A DNA stretch of 63,361 nt, counting the filler, from Diploschistes diacapsis (Eukaryota), in assembly GCA_023645945.1 (NCBI GenBank). It is 10 parts of 10 records of this genome, joined end to end, with 100 filler letters (N's around TTAATTAATTAA, not from the genome) between each part and the next. Parts side by side here need not be neighbours in the genome. Positions count along the whole stretch, not along the records: positions 23,907 to 25,772 come from JALAIB010002548.1; positions 25,873 to 27,738 come from JALAIB010002549.1; positions 27,839 to 51,594 come from JALAIB010000255.1; 7 more parts are not named here. One strand, 5' to 3'. The translations under genes and the position numbers were made by a program. A model generated the notes under the pieces. It made no database searches, was not told the DNA's origin, and worked only from the letters and a program-made list of their open reading frames with translations. Shown piece by piece: positions 24,230-35,423 of the stretch. Numbering within the stretch: the stretch's first letter is position 1; each line of letters opens with the position of its first letter.

Positions 24230-25408
24230 AATTATTAATAATGTATCGAATAATCATACTCGATAATTTATTTATATTACTTTCCTCGACAAGCTTTTAA
24301 AAGTATTTTATATTTATAATATCGTTATCCGGACGTACAATCTTCGTCGTAATATACGTAACTTGTTTTCGAGCAGTTCGGCGATAATACATATTAAAAG
24401 CTATAAATCGGAAACGAACATATTTTCTGAATCTATCGTCTTTATATTTCAAAAGATGTTCGGCTTAAACTCGAATATCTTTTATCGATATAGACCTTAT
24501 ACGACCGCGCGGGAAGTTCAGGTCAGTTAAACCGAAAGAAAAGAAAATTAAAAATATCATCGCATAAAGATTATAGGTAATATTTTATTCGTTAATAAAA
24601 ATATTTATAATCTCAAACATCGAAAGTATAACAGACTCGTCCATATTCAATTACGATGGGATTAATATACGCGGATTTATTAGCGATTTAAATTTAAAAT
24701 CGTTTAAAAATATCCGAAAAGTTTCTTATTCTAAAATCGTATTATTATCGATATCGAAATCTAATATTAAAATATCCATATCACGCGGCAATTCCTTATC
24801 GTCTTCGTTGGTGTTCTTAGGTTCAGATTTAGTTTCAGTTTTAAATTCAAATTTAGATTTAAATTCAGATTCCGATTTAAATTTAAGTTAAAATCTAGAT
24901 TCAGATACTGCTCGCGTAAACTAACGTTAAAATAAAATACGGTCGTATATAGAATCATATTTAAATAACGAATCTAAAGTATCCTATTTAATTTCGACGT
25001 TTAAATAATTAGGATAATTACGTTTCAAGAAATTAAACTACGTTACGATAACCATTCGACGAACGATAAGATTACGAGCATAAGTCTTAATAACTGTTTC
25101 CTTTTTTTTAGTAATACGTATGGGAGGCTTAAGTAATAAAAGATTTAGACTTTCAAATAGAATAAATAATCTTCTAAAAACCTTATTATTATTTTATATA
25201 AAATAATAAATATAATTTATATACTTATATTATACACCTTTAATGCGGATAATCGATATATAAATATAATACTTAATAATAAACATTTCTTTAACTTTAG
25301 TTAGACTAGATAAATATGATAAAAATTTATTTAAATCTATCAAGTTTAGTTTAAAAAACTTATTAATCTTAGATTTGATTTTATTACAGCGTTTATAAAC
25401 GTCGTTTT

Positions 25409-25647
25409 TGTTTGGCAACGTAATGGATGTATTAAAGTCTAGAGGTCTTCACCAGGAGGTTATCTTACTTTACAGACTTTTATCCTCGTGGGATACGTTA
25501 AGCCTTACTACCTATATTATTCCTTAATCGGTCTAGTTGGAATTTTAAGAAATTCAACTGAACTGAATCTCGGAGTTCAACAAAACTAGACCTTCTTTTA
25601 AAATTTAATCGAATTCCTAGCCATGTTTTCTACCTATTTATTCAACA
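25409..25647 (-). mobile_element. Copia-family LTR (probably solo), RIP-mutated
   Basis: TGTT...AACA termini. Similar to 53182-53461 and 27839-27894, sharing CGTAATGGATRTATTRAAGTCTARAG. Confidence 0.6.
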
Positions 25648-25872
25648 TTTTTCCCTAAACTGAATCGGCCGGTATATCTATATAGTTTAATTAAATATCT
25701 TACAAATTAGGCCGAGTTCTTTAATAAAGACGTCGTATTTCGAATAATTTAATGATTTCGTAAGTTTATTAANNNNNNNNNNNNNNNNNNNNNNNNNNNN
25801 NNNNNNNNNNNNNNNNTTAATTAATTAANNNNNNNNNNNNNNNNNNNNNNNNNNNNNNNNNNNNNNNNNNNN

Positions 25873-26991
25873 CTAACGATCTAAACTTTTTAAAGATTTT
25901 AAAAATTATTACCCGTCCTCGATAAACCGTGGACAGACATTTCGATGAATTTCGTAACCGGATTCCCTGAGGACTCGGAATAGAACAACATTATCATAAT
26001 AATAATATACCGCTTATTAAAAGAAAGATATTATATCCCCTATAGGGCAGGAAATAAGGGTATAGGGGCTGAGTAATGGCCTAACTATTCTATGAGTATG
26101 TATGGAAACATCACGGCCTACCCCTGACCATTGTTTCCGATAGAGGGACAGGCGCATCCTAGACCACCCCCGGTAGAGACAAAGGCTGGAGAAGAATGGG
26201 AGCTCGAGGAGATCCTCGACGCCAGAAGGGGCCCCGGGCGAGGAATAAACGTCCAATATAAAATACGTTGGGTGAGATAATTAACCGACGATAACTAATA
26301 TCCCGCCATTAACTTCGAAAATATTTTCGACATCTTACGGGAGTTTTATTAATCAAATCCCGAAAAGATAAGATCCCTATAATTAACAACGCTAAAGGAT
26401 AAATAACATACGTTAATAAAAATTATAGACGAGAGCGAGTTTTTAAAATAAGGCAGTATCGATTATTACGACGATTACGTTTTTTTATAGAATCTAAAAG
26501 CATGTTTAAATAAAAATACCGCTAAAAGAAGTTTAAAAAGACGATAATATTTATTACGAAAGAATAACGGGTATCCTTTTAAACAAATTAACGAAAGAAA
26601 TGAAGATCGAGATAAATATTGATTAAAAAGGGTATCATCGCGTTTAAAAGAAACATAAGCATCTGAAAAAAGGGGTAATAAGATAGATTAATTTAGGCGT
26701 GTTAAGCTACCGGGGTCACGTAACGGTAGGGTTATATAACGATAGGGTTATATGACGGGTATCAACCGTGCTAAGGATGTTAAGGGGAGGTTGTATAGAT
26801 GGGTAGAACCTAAACCCCGTAAGGCTGGTATTTATATATTATTTATTCCTATTATCTTTCTATTTAGATAATTTCTTTTCTAGCTTTTCGAATCGAGAAC
26901 TTTTACTTATAGATATTTAATTACACGTAATCCTTCCGGATCAGGCCCAGCCCCCGGTAGTATAGTATCCCATTCCTGCGCTGGCGTTTCA
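25873..26991 (+). mobile_element. 3' end of a Ty3/Gypsy chromovirus: chromodomain, PPT and 3' LTR (family A)
   Basis: Chromodomain EEWELEEILDARR...QYKIRW at ~26185-26290, PPT GAAAAAAGGGG at 26665-26675, LTR 26679-26991 ending GTTTCA and homologous to 52843-53181. Confidence 0.85.
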
Positions 26992-27004
26992 ATATTATAA
27001 TTAT

Positions 27005-27252
27005 TAATTTTCTTGCTTACGTAATATATTAATAAAAAAATGATTGGCCTCGCCATCTTCGCCGGTTTTCGCTAGTTTCGCCAGTTTCGCCAGTTTCGCC
27101 GGTTTCGCCGTATTTTGCCAAACCTTTTGACGAAAGTTGGCGAGTCGCTTGAACGCATTATCTGTCGCCCACCTCGCCGGTTTCGCCAGTTTCGCCAACT
27201 TCGCGGATTTTCGCGGTGTTTCGCCGCCAAAAACTTTTCGTGATGTATCCTA
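27005..27252. repeat. Element end with a 9-bp GTTTCGCC(A/G) array (second copy 28155-28413)
   Basis: Two near-identical ~250-bp copies ending AAAACTTTTCGTGATGYA. Degenerate inverted motif copies at ~29385-29470 and ~29625-29700. Confidence 0.8.
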
Positions 27253-27625
27253 TTAAGCTATAAAAAACTGAATATAATATTTTCAAAATCTCGAAGCACT
27301 GTTTTCCTATTACATTATATATAAATGTGTGGCTGTGGCAGCAGGGGGACCTGAACCCCGGTGCGCACACTGCGGGCGTTACAGATAGGGTCGTTTATTT
27401 ATTTAACGACGATAATTAGACCCGATTTAACCTAACTAATAAGATTATACGTTAGATTTATATACAATTCAGGCCCAGACTACTTTTCGACTTTAAACCG
27501 TACATGGCAATGTCCACGTCATATCTAGAAATTGGGCTTATTATATAATCAGACCTCTTATAACTTAAAAAGCTACTACGATTCTAATTAAAAAAGAGAA
27601 CATAAAAGCCGAAAATCAATTAACG

Positions 27626-27738
27626 TACATGCATAGCGAGCGGACATTCATATCGAACGGACATCCCCCATCCGATTTTATGAATTTTGAACTTTCGTAT
27701 CAATTTTCTACGCGTATGATTATGGAATCATTTTTAAT
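27626..27738 (+). mobile_element. Left end of a Fot1/pogo-like DNA transposon
   Basis: CATGCATAGCGAGCGGACA TIR and downstream sequence match 58272-58450. Confidence 0.75.
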
Positions 27739-27838
27739 NNNNNNNNNNNNNNNNNNNNNNNNNNNNNNNNNNNNNNNNNNNNTTAATTAATTAANNNNNN
27801 NNNNNNNNNNNNNNNNNNNNNNNNNNNNNNNNNNNNNN

Positions 27839-27906
27839 ACAGTCTTAATAGACAAGATCTTTAGACTTCAATATATCCATTACGTTGTTCAACAGTTATA
27901 AACTCG
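27839..27906 (+). mobile_element. Copia LTR 3' end plus RIP-mutated primer-binding site
   Basis: ...TTACGTTGTTCAACA is followed by GTTATAAACTCG, compared with GGTTATGAGCCCG at 53462. Confidence 0.55.
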
Positions 27907-28154
27907 TGAAAGTTTTTACGTTACGAATATCCACGCTTACGTAATATAAAATACGCCATTTTTAATATTTTCGCGACAATATATAGTACCTATTAAACCC
28001 AGTTAAATCCGATATTATTAATATTAATTAACTAGAGTATTATTAATAATTTATTAACTTAACGAAAATACTTTATATAATATAATAATAACTTAATTAT
28101 AATTATACAATCATTAATTAATTATTATTATTAATATTATTAATATTATATTAT

Positions 28155-28413
28155 ATTTATTAATTTTTTTGTTTACGTAATATATTAGTAAAAAAATAAT
28201 TGGCCTCGCTATCTTCGCCGGTTTTCGCCAGTTTCATTAGTTTCGCTAGTTTCGCCGGTTTCGCCAGTTTCGCCGTGTTTTGTCAAACCTTTTGGCGAAA
28301 GTTGGCGAGTCGATTGAACGTATTATTTGTCGCTTACCTCGCCGGTTTCGCCAGTTTCGCCAACTTCGCGGATTTTCGCGGCGTTTCGCCGCCAAAAACT
28401 TTTCGTGATGCAC
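28155..28413. repeat. Second copy of the GTTTCGCC-array element end
   Basis: Aligns with 27005-27250 and differs mostly by C>T/G>A changes. Confidence 0.8.
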
Positions 28414-29095
28414 CTCGAGCCGGTGTTAGATTTAGTTAACGATTTTTATTGGCGACGATTTTTGCCGTCGTTATTTATAATAATAGAAATCGAGGAAGAA
28501 TACGAGGTAAAACGATTATTAATTAAGCGTCGTATACGTAAAGAACGTGGATAAAGTACGTAATACTTGGTTCGATGGTTAGGATATGATATTATCGATA
28601 ATATATGGATTACCGAGCGAGAATTATAGCGATATTTAGTAGATCGGATCGTCGAGTTCGAAGTAAGATATAATACCGTCGTGGATGTAGGACCATAAGG
28701 GGTATAAGATTAAGGTTATATTTACGATGGGGAAATGATCTTGATAATGGAGTAAAATTGTTTTAAGGATAAGAAAAAGGAGAGTAATATCGGACGTTTT
28801 GTTAGGATGTTTTAGGGTTAAAGTTTAAGGTTTTGTTTTATTATTTTGGTATTTATTATGAATATGGTTTATCGGGGCATAAGCTTTTCGTTTTGGTGGA
28901 TATTGTAGTAGTTATTGAGTCATTAGGGGTATCGTTTGTTCCTGTTTTCGCCGGCGTCGCTCGTGATGTTATGGATGATGATGCCATTGGGCATCCATCT
29001 ACTTAGCAGCTATTGTAGTAGCTATAAAGGGCTCGATGCCCACCTAGCTATTTAGAACGCATCTTCTACTCACACAATGATTTGATACTATCACA
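28414..29095 (+). mobile_element. Ty3/Gypsy chromodomain remnant, PPT and LTR sequence
   Basis: EEEYEVKRLL...YLVRWLGY at ~28490-28620, purine tract at ~28771-28785, LTR-like 28904-29095 (TGTAGTAGT...ACTATCACA) related to 51811 onward. Confidence 0.75.
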
Positions 29096-29143
29096 CCATA
29101 ATGGATATATTGAAGTCTAAAGGTCTTATCTATTAAGATATCC

Positions 29144-29354
29144 TAGGCTGGCCGTTTCGTGCCACGGACACTTCCACGGACACTACCGAGAAAATTTTTA
29201 AAACACGATACTACCACGGACACTACCGCTAAAATTTTAAAACACGGATACTTCTACAGATATTATATTATAATAAAAGCACGGACACGGACATTATGAC
29301 TAAAAATTTTAAAACACGGATATTGCCACGGTCGTGTCCGTGACGGCCAGCCTA
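29144..29354. mobile_element. Complete 211-bp MITE with TIR TAGGCTGGCCGT
   Basis: Perfect 12-13-bp terminal inverted repeats and repeated internal CACGGA and AAAATTTTAAAACACGGA motifs. Confidence 0.85.
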
Positions 29355-29734
29355 GTTTAAACGACTCACCAGGTTTCTCCAAAAGACCCGGCAAAACGTG
29401 GCGAAACAAGCGAAACCAGCGAAAATAAACTCGCGAAACCTAACAAAACCGGCTGGGCCAGTCAGATTTCTCATATTATCTTAAAAAAACACTTCTGTGG
29501 AGGAGAGTGGTAGAAGGCATGGTTGAGAAAGTTTATATGGACCTTAAGTTTAGGTTTGATTTGATGGAATTTATTAAGGTTTCCGTTGAGACGGATGAGA
29601 AAGAATATAGATTTATAGAACTTAAATCACGAAACGTTTTTCAAGCCCGAAAAAATGTCTGGCGAAAATAACGAAACTAACGAAAGTAGTGAGGCGAATT
29701 ACATTTAGTACATAATCCTAAAATTAATTTTTTT

Positions 29735-30073
29735 TGGAACATCCTGAACGTTTGTGGGTTCAAGGGTTGAACCCCGTAGGGCGGTAGGGCTGGCACCCAC
29801 ACTATTTATTTGTGCCCTCTTCCCACCTGGATAGTTTCTTCTTTACCTTTTCGAATGTAGAACGCCCCTACAGGAATAGGTGCTACACTACCGGGGGCTG
29901 AGCCTGATCCGGAAGGATTACGTGTAACTGGGCATCTGTAGGCTGAATGGTTCAGATTTGAAAAGGTAAAGAACTAACTAGGTGGGAAGTAGCGAGGTAT
30001 AAATACCTCCCCAGGTCAGCCCTACAGCCCTAGGGGTTCAACCCTTGAACCCACAAACGTTCAGGATGTTCCA
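29735..30073. mobile_element. Inverted pair of related LTRs forming a fold-back structure
   Basis: Perfect 41-bp inverted repeat TGGAACATCC...TGAACCCC, imperfect out to ~120 bp. The interior matches LTR family A (CACGTAATCCTTCCGGATCAGGC on the minus strand). Confidence 0.8.
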
Positions 30074-30085
30074 GAAGAGGGATAA

Positions 30086-30511
30086 TGTTATGATCTGAGG
30101 TTCCGATTTTGTTATGTCCTAATTGTTTCGTGTATATAGTCTAGTTTAGGTAATACCGGTCACGTGATCGATAATTATTATTTAATAATTATCGAGTATT
30201 GAATAGCGAGTATTAAATTAATAATTACTCGACGATAATTAGCGAGCACCGAGCAGCGAGCATTTGTAATTATATAATAAACGCGGTTATGGTTTTTTTA
30301 AGTTTTGGCTTGTTTAGATTTTATATTTTTTTAATGATAGATTTATACTACTTTTAATAAATATCTTTTATTATTAAGCTTTCTTTTAGAGACAGTCTTA
30401 AACTTATGATTGTTTTATCTTCTTCTCCTGTTTATGTTTTTCTTCTATACGAGATCAAACCCACCTTAATCGATATCTCGTGTCTACCTTATAGAGATAG
30501 AGATCATAACA
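30086..30511 (+). mobile_element. LTR (family D, related to 62294-62747)
   Basis: TGTTATGATC...GATCATAACA termini. Shares ATCAAACCCACCTTAATC and GGTCACGTGAT with the 62294 LTR. ATAA on both flanks. Confidence 0.75.
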
Positions 30512-31203
30512 ATAAAGTAGGGAGCTGAGTTACCCCGAGTCGAGTCAGAAATGGTTTTACTTGGAGCTTTCTTTAAAGATGATATTCTAAAATTCCTTGT
30601 GATAACCCTTGACATTCGAACAATCATCACTGGCTTGAATACCACTCTCAAAGGCTACTACAATGCTACCACGGGTACGGAGGTAGCCGTGCCAAAATTT
30701 CTACTCCTGGTAACTTCTTACTCATCAAGCATGCTTGCTGTCACGACCAAAACTCCTATTTAGCACATTCGAAGTCCTCGGATTCAGCATGATTTTAACA
30801 AGCAACATGAAGAAGACTAGCTGATGGGACAAATCAACCCGGCTCAGCCTTCTGTCTTTATTTCTTGCCCACTTGCATGTGAGTTATTTATAGTTGAGCG
30901 CTTACATGTTGCTTTTGTATATACCTATCAGGGCAATTAGTTGCGGGCATTGTTTTTTTAAGGTCTTTGGAAATACCGCAAAGCCTTAACACGTCATGAG
31001 TTACTGGCGGCTTGTGTTGCGTTGTTGCTCGTTGGCTATTTCTCCGGCTAGATTTTATCTGAGATGAGGATACAAACCTTCTAATACGCTCCCTGTAGCT
31101 TCGCGTGACAAGTTCTGAATGTCGAGATCACGACGCGTTTCAGGCTGTCCAAATCTATTAACGAAGCGTAGCTACCATCAGGCATTTGCGTTTTCGTCAG
31201 AAT

Positions 31204-32184
31204 ATGTCGGAAATGCTAGAAAGTCCACTGTTGAGGTTGCCATTAATATTAAAGCTTACGATATGGCGAATGGTATACGAGCATACGACTGTTCATCTCG
31301 TTTCGCACGGTAGCTCTGTTAGGCATTTTGCCTGCCCGGAAGAACCGCCGCTAAGACCTCGAGGAAATCTCGCTGAAGTTCTATACGTCCAGTGCAGGTG
31401 TCTTGGCTCTGTTCTGGAACCTCCTTTTAAGCGACCCCCAAAGCCAGCAGAAGAGAAGGAGAGGCGAGAAAAGAGGCCCTCAAGCGAGCGCTTACTGCAT
31501 CTCCCAGGTCTACATTCAGCCTGTCGAGAAACGTAAGGCCCAAAAGCTCCCTCATTGTGGTGAAATCTCATTCTCAATATGAGCCCATTTAGCTTTGGCG
31601 GAAAAATCTATGAGCAACTTCACTTTGGCTTCTTACTGACCCTCATATAGCTACAATACCTCCCTCGATTTTCTTTATACTGTCCCAACATTTGATATCA
31701 CTACACAGCGCTTTTTGTCACGATTTTCGCGTTGCTGCCCTACAGCAAGCTTGTGTTAGTCCAGAATCTAACCATTCACAGCTGGATCTATCAATGGCGA
31801 TACTTTCCACCCTATACTGTCGTTGCAGCCGCAAGTGATCCAGACTCTCTGCGCGAGTGGAAGGCTGCCTGTACAATTATCAGTCAAAAATGGTTGGGCT
31901 AAAGTCTTGCACCGTCGTTTCTCACTTTGCAGGTGGTTCTGCCAAGTGGTACCTACCGAGCAAAATGTGTTAGATGCTGGGTGAAATTCTCGAGGCAGAA
32001 AAGAGCTAGTGATTTGTACAATGCTATGGAGTTATATCTACCGAGGGTCGAAGGGGATGTGCCGGCGAAGATGGTTACTGGGTTGATGAAGATCACGTCG
32101 AAGCTGCCACGTCAACACTGCCAAAATTCTGGGCTCGGGCAATGTGGTTTCCAATCGAAAAACGCTAGACCGCTCCTACTGTGA
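31204..32184 (+). pseudogene. DUF7730/F-box-like protein pseudogene
   Basis: SPLLRLPLILKLTIWRMVY...HSACRET, intron ~31532-31650, then YNTSLDFLY. Downstream similarity (LVQNLTI, WKAACTII) needs frameshifts. Confidence 0.55.
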
Positions 32185-33669
32185 CTCGGAAAAGGATAGA
32201 GGCAAAACTTCATTCAGACAATCCTGCAGACTTCTAGTAAGGGATGGACCTTTGTGCACAGGTGCCTAACCAGGCTAAAATACGATCCTCAGCCCCATGA
32301 ACAGTCGGCCTACATGCCAACAGCAGTAGAGGGTTAGCATTCTTCTAAATAGTCTGACCCTAGTGCCTTTCGGAGGACAAGCACTTGGCAGTCTCTACGC
32401 ATCATCAGTGCTGAGCGTGAACACAAAGACAATCAACGCCTACAAGGCTTGAAGGATCAGTAACAAAGCTGATGGATACGCTTGAATCACCGACATATGG
32501 GACGCGTCGGCTTTGGAAGCTAATCGAGTTGAGCCAGAGTTTGAACCAGTCGAAGATGGTCAGAAATTTTAATTGTCACTGGCAAACGTACAATAATTTA
32601 CTTCCAAGGCAGATAATACATGAAACAAACTCAAATCCGTCAACCAAGACCTTGAACCTGCTGGCTTGGCTGGCCAGTGCCACATCGCTAAGGTCGTTTC
32701 ATGCCCCGGGCTTGTGCGAGGGGGGGGGGGGCATTTGCGGCCATTTGCGGCCAGCTATGATATGATGCACCACCCACTCCTCTGCTGTTTGCATGGTTGG
32801 GACAGTTGACCCCGTGGCCTCCGCCCCCACCCTACCAGCGATCCAGGCCCCTATTCTCCCCACTCCTGCCCGCTGACGGACTGCCTGCACCCAAATCAAC
32901 CGAACCTTTAGGTGGCCTGGTGAGAGCTCCTAGAGCCTCCGGGCAAAGCAAGTATATGTACATAATAAGCTTGTGCGACCTAGGGCTTTCCAAGAGCAGG
33001 CATTTTACAGATACTCTTTGAGTCTCGTATGTATTGTTCTTCGCTTTCACGGAGCTCAGTAGCTCCACGATCTGGATTCCATCTACTTGGCCATATTGAG
33101 CATTTTGATGCTAATACCCCCAATTCGCCTTCCCCAGAGTAGATGCAGAAACACGCATGCAAATAGCAACAACCCCAATGCATAGAAAGCTCGCAGGCGG
33201 GCTTGTACCTAACCAAGTCCACTAAACGTGAGAACTTACAAGCAGCCCCCCCAGAGTACCTTACTAACACCAATGGGATGGGCTGGGATGGGCACTATGC
33301 ACACTTGTGCATGACAAGAAGGAGGGTTTATGCTTGGATGATAAAAAAAGTCGGCTTTTTTGTATGAGATGGGTGCGCTGGTTGATCGAGTTATTACAAG
33401 TACAACTCGTAATAATGGAGGGTGAATTGGGCTTTTTGTGCCAAAGCGGGGCCTGACCTGACTGACCTAGCCTAGCCGGCTGTTTGTGTTTTGGGGGTTT
33501 GCCCCCAAAAAGCCCCCCGATTTCCTTCTCCCTCTCTCCTCCGTCTCTCCCACTTATCTCCCCCAAACCACCTGCGCACTTGCTTCAACGACCTCCTCCT
33601 CCGCCGCGCCCAGCAACAAAGCAAAGCAAAAACAGTTGATAGCACACTCACTCTAACCCACCCGCGATC

Positions 33670-35005
33670 ATGCCCCTCAAGAAGGAGAATCCCGATGCTA
33701 CCACTCTCGGATTCGGTGATCTTTTCTTCATACGCGACAATGTAAGTAACTGCCCCCTCCTGCCTCCTGTCAGCGCATCCAGCTTTTACGCATACCTTCA
33801 TCCACAACTCAACGCGGCACTATCGAGCGCAGAGACGCATCGCATTGGCGCATTGCTGTTAGAGCCCATGCATCCTCACACGCTATGTTGTTTCGTGTTA
33901 TTGCCAGACGCTTTTCGGAACAGGCCACTCTGGCTCACTTTACTCGAACACAACTCTTCCCTTTCTTGTTACTTCATCATTCCACTGGATGATTACTCTT
34001 ATGGGGAATCGCTAAAGACCCCGTAGTTCGTCAATGGACTCAACGCGCTCGAGGACGGTATCCAGCAGCTGAAGCGTGCATACATCACACAGTTCAACAC
34101 GCTTCTGCCCGAAAACCATCCTGGGCGTGTTTCGCTGCCTTTCCCCTACAACCCGCCCTTGACCCGGGGCACAGAGCTTACAGGTGTTCCGCCTGTTGTA
34201 GCTGCCCCACCACAATTCTCGAGCAGCAACTCGACTGGTACAAAGAAACGCAAGCCTCACGACCCTAATGCGCCGAAGCGTGCCTTGACATCTTATTTCC
34301 TGTTTATGCAGCACAACAAGCCCAAGATCAAGGAAAAGCACCCGGATTGGACCGCACAGCAGATCTCGGACGAGAGCGAGAAGCGATGGAGCAACATCTC
34401 TGATAAGGACCGTGCTGTATGTATATATATTGCTCGCTTGCTGTTACAGATAACCTTACTTGCCCTAGGATTACGAGTACATGTACCAAGTTGACTTGGC
34501 ACGTTACTACAAGCAAAAGGAGTGCTACGAGCGCGGCGAGGCTGTTCCCGAGATCGATGCAGAGCAGGCAAGACGTCTCTACGGAGAGCACTTGAAGACA
34601 GGCGGAACGTTCAAAGGCCGCAAGGGCAAGAAGGTCATACGCCCCGTCAACATCCCAGCCGAGGTCATGCCTCAGCCTTCATCGGATGACGAGGAGGAGG
34701 ATGAGGAGGAGGATACAAGTTCCTCAGAAGAAGAGCAACAAGCTCCACCTGCAAAGAACAAGCGCCAAAAAATGGGTAAATGAACCATCCGGTGCGAAGA
34801 ACAACATTTGAGACTAATGTAGGCAAGTAGCCGCCGCTTCTGCTCCTATGGAAGTGCCAAAGTCACCAGAGAAGAAAACCAAGAAAGCGGGCCGTAAGAC
34901 CAAAGACGAAGAGACGTCTGCGCTTAAGCCTGAGCCGGAGATTGCCTCACCCGCTAAGGCGTCGAAGAAGAAGGCTGGGCGAAAGAGCAAAGGGGGAGAC
35001 GAGTG
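33670..35005 (+). CDS. HMG-box chromatin protein (Hmo1-like)
   Basis: HMG box KPHDPNAPKRALTSYFLFM...W, followed by an acidic then Lys-rich tail. Introns ~33742-34026, 34416-34468 and 34776-34830. Confidence 0.88.
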
Positions 35006-35423
35006 AGGATGCTTATAGTATCTTCGGAAAAGGGGGGTCTTGCATGATTAAACCAAGGACCTTCGAGTCAATGAGTTTTATTTTTCAATTGACTTGAGTT
35101 GGCTGTTTCCATGGCCAGATTATGGATGTATGATTCTGGCATCATGCATGTATGCAGAGGATTCTCAACGAGAATGAATCTGTACTTTATTACTTATAAT
35201 AACGGTAGTCGACCCTCGGAAATGCCGCTGTTGTACTCGTGGTTTGTATAAATTAATGACGCGCCGTGCCAAGCTTTGAGAACTATGATAAGGTCCCGTA
35301 GCGTTGGCAGAGAACCCCGCCTGTTATATTTGTACGGGAGAACTGGCATGCATTCGCGGTTGAGGTAACTGAGCTCTAAGTAGTCGAAGCCGTTGTACTT
35401 CGAGAATACAAGTCCCCCGCAGA

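Noticed and set aside
24260..24960. Starship captain or other transposase in AT-rich DNA (also 52020-52840)
   Set aside because: Only RIP-degraded acidic (ES)n-like stretches are readable, with no recognisable recombinase or DDE motif.
23907..29354. CRISPR-like appearance of the repeat arrays, or one large element bounded by the two TAGGCTGGCC ends
   Set aside because: There are no unique spacers or cas genes, the context is eukaryotic, and the copies lie on different contigs.
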